64,000 bases of DNA, from assembly GCF_030028105.1 (NCBI RefSeq), contig NC_092374.1:39751016-39815015 (forward strand), written 5' to 3'. The notes below the pieces were generated by a model, which was not told where the DNA came from, did no database searches, and saw nothing but the letters and a program-made list of their open reading frames with translations. The position numbers and the translations under genes are program-made. Source of the DNA: Mobula birostris (lineage: Eukaryota). This document shows positions 62,320 to 64,000 of the stretch, in pieces. Within the stretch, counting starts at the first letter, position 1. Every line of letters begins with the position of its first letter.

Positions 62320-63660
62320 AGAACATGGGCGGAGTCAACATGGATCTTGAGGGGGAAATCAAGTTTGGCTACTAAATTTAAAGTTGTTGCAAGCAGAATA
62401 GATAGTTGATCTGGTATACTTGGACAATTACAGGACCCTCAATCAAGTGACACAGCATCTTAAGCAATTAGAGGGCACAGAGTGGAGATATAATGGCTTG
62501 GTTTTAAGATCGGTTAATTAAAAGATCTAAGGATCATTTTTGGTTGAAGAGGATATTGGAGAAATCCCAGCTGATCATCATCTCTGTCAAGGATTTGGAT
62601 GAGGGAGCAATGTAGTATATCCAGGTTTTCCTATGATAGATAGTCGTGGACAATCGGAAGGATTCAGAGAAGCTTCAGGTTTAGTGATTGGGCAAGGAAA
62701 TAGCGGATGGAATCTCGTGGAGAAAAGTAAAATCATCTACGTAGGCAGAAAAAGAAATGCTGAAAGTTTGAAAACTGTGTGTTCAGAGAGATCTGGCTGT
62801 CCTTATGTCTGAATCTCTGAATGTTAACATGCAGGTACCACGTGCAATTTTAAGGACTTATGGAACAATATCCTTTTTCTTGCAAGAGGGTTAGAATACA
62901 ATACAGGACTGTACATTGCCCATGAAGACAATGTATTACTCCATTTATATCATGGTTGGCTACTGATTTTTTTTTAAAGGTTGTGACTAGCAGAATAGAT
63001 AAGGATCAGGAAGCTCTTCAATCAAGTGTCACAAATCTAAACAAAAGTAGAGAGCATACAATGAAGATATAATGGCATAAATTGAAGATTGGTTAATGAA
63101 CAGGTATAAGGATATTTTATGGCTAAGCATCTGGAATACTGTGTTGTATGCAGATCTGGTCTCCCTGTCTAAAGAATGATGTACTTACAATATAGAAAGA
63201 GCAGCAAAGATTGGCCAGATTTATTTCTGGAAATGCGGATGAAGCATTATTCTGGTGATGTACTGGGTTTAGAAGAATGAAGCGCAATCTCACTCAAACG
63301 CACAATATTCTTATGGAAGTTACGCAGCAAATGTGGGAATAATGTTACCCCCACTGTCAGGTCCAGAAGGGGCCAGAGTTTCAAAATAAAGCATTGGACA
63401 TTCAGGACTAATTCCAGAAGAAACTTCTTCACCCATAAATGGTGAATATTCAAATTGTCTATCAAATAGATTTGCTGAGGTTCAGTGATAAGTAAATTTG
63501 AGAATAAGGTATACAGATTTAAAAATATTGAGGGAGTCAGGGGATTTGAGATTAATGCAGGTCACTTGTGATGGGGAGAAACATCAGTCATGATGCTATT
63601 GAATAACAGGCCAGGCGTGAGAGGCCAAATAGCCTCCCCTTCTTCTGCCTAAGCTTCTTA
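62320..63660 (+). mobile_element. Old degenerate CR1 RT fragments and tail
   Basis: CR1-like nucleotide motifs (aaggatttggatgaggg, caagagggttagaatac, aaacttcttcacccataaatggtgaat) and tail ggccaaatagcctcc. Confidence 0.65.
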
Positions 63661-64000
63661 GATGTGTGTAATTTAAATTCTCCTCTTTAAACTGCTGTGA
63701 GGAGGCCAAACATGATGCTTATTGAAGCTTGACCTCCTGGTATTGTCAGGAATTTGCTAATGTACTCATTTTACAGATTTAACTCAAGCTCTTACAAAAA
63801 ACTGTACAGTGAAATTTTGTGAAAATATTTAAGTTTGAAATGCACAGCAGAACCTTGTCATAAGAGATCAATAAATGAAAATAGTTCTTAGGAATGATCA
63901 AGATGCTTAACTATTCCCCTCAATCTGTTTCCATTATTCAACAAACAATGAAGTGATGTCATGAAATTATGCTTAATCATTTAACCGCACAATGTGTTGC

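Noticed and set aside
55410-64000. Exons of a downstream gene such as BTF3
   Set aside because: No matching peptide or splice-bounded coding segment was recognised on either strand.

Overview
Eukaryotic, vertebrate DNA. The repeat content (abundant CR1, Penelope/Poseidon, Rex1, SacSINE-like) suggests a cartilaginous fish, probably a ray; this is inference. Two conserved genes lie head-to-head around a ~1 kb CpG-containing promoter at ~36.7-37.9 kb. UTP15 (minus strand, WD40 SSU-processome subunit) has a putative non-coding exon 1 plus 9 coding exons, 28182 down to 7455, and its last exons lie left of the window. ANKRA2 (plus strand) is complete: a putative non-coding exon 1 plus 8 coding exons, 39464-53488, 936 nt, 311 aa. 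The introns are packed with nested mobile elements: a near-full-length L1 inside a hAT/Charlie transposon, an ORF1-only (HAL1-like) L1 derivative, a chimeric Gypsy locus, solo LTRs, and many CR1, Rex1, Tc1 and Tigger remnants. There is also a degraded ERV-L-like (class III) retrovirus, interrupted by a hAT MITE and by an inverted Penelope element carrying minimal hammerhead-ribozyme motifs. No prokaryotic-type system is present and I found no clearly new biological system. The best leads are the class III-like ERV, the hammerhead-bearing Penelope insertions around the shared promoter, the non-autonomous LINE derivatives, and the uORF-rich leaders of both genes. Element families were recognised from motifs, without database searches.
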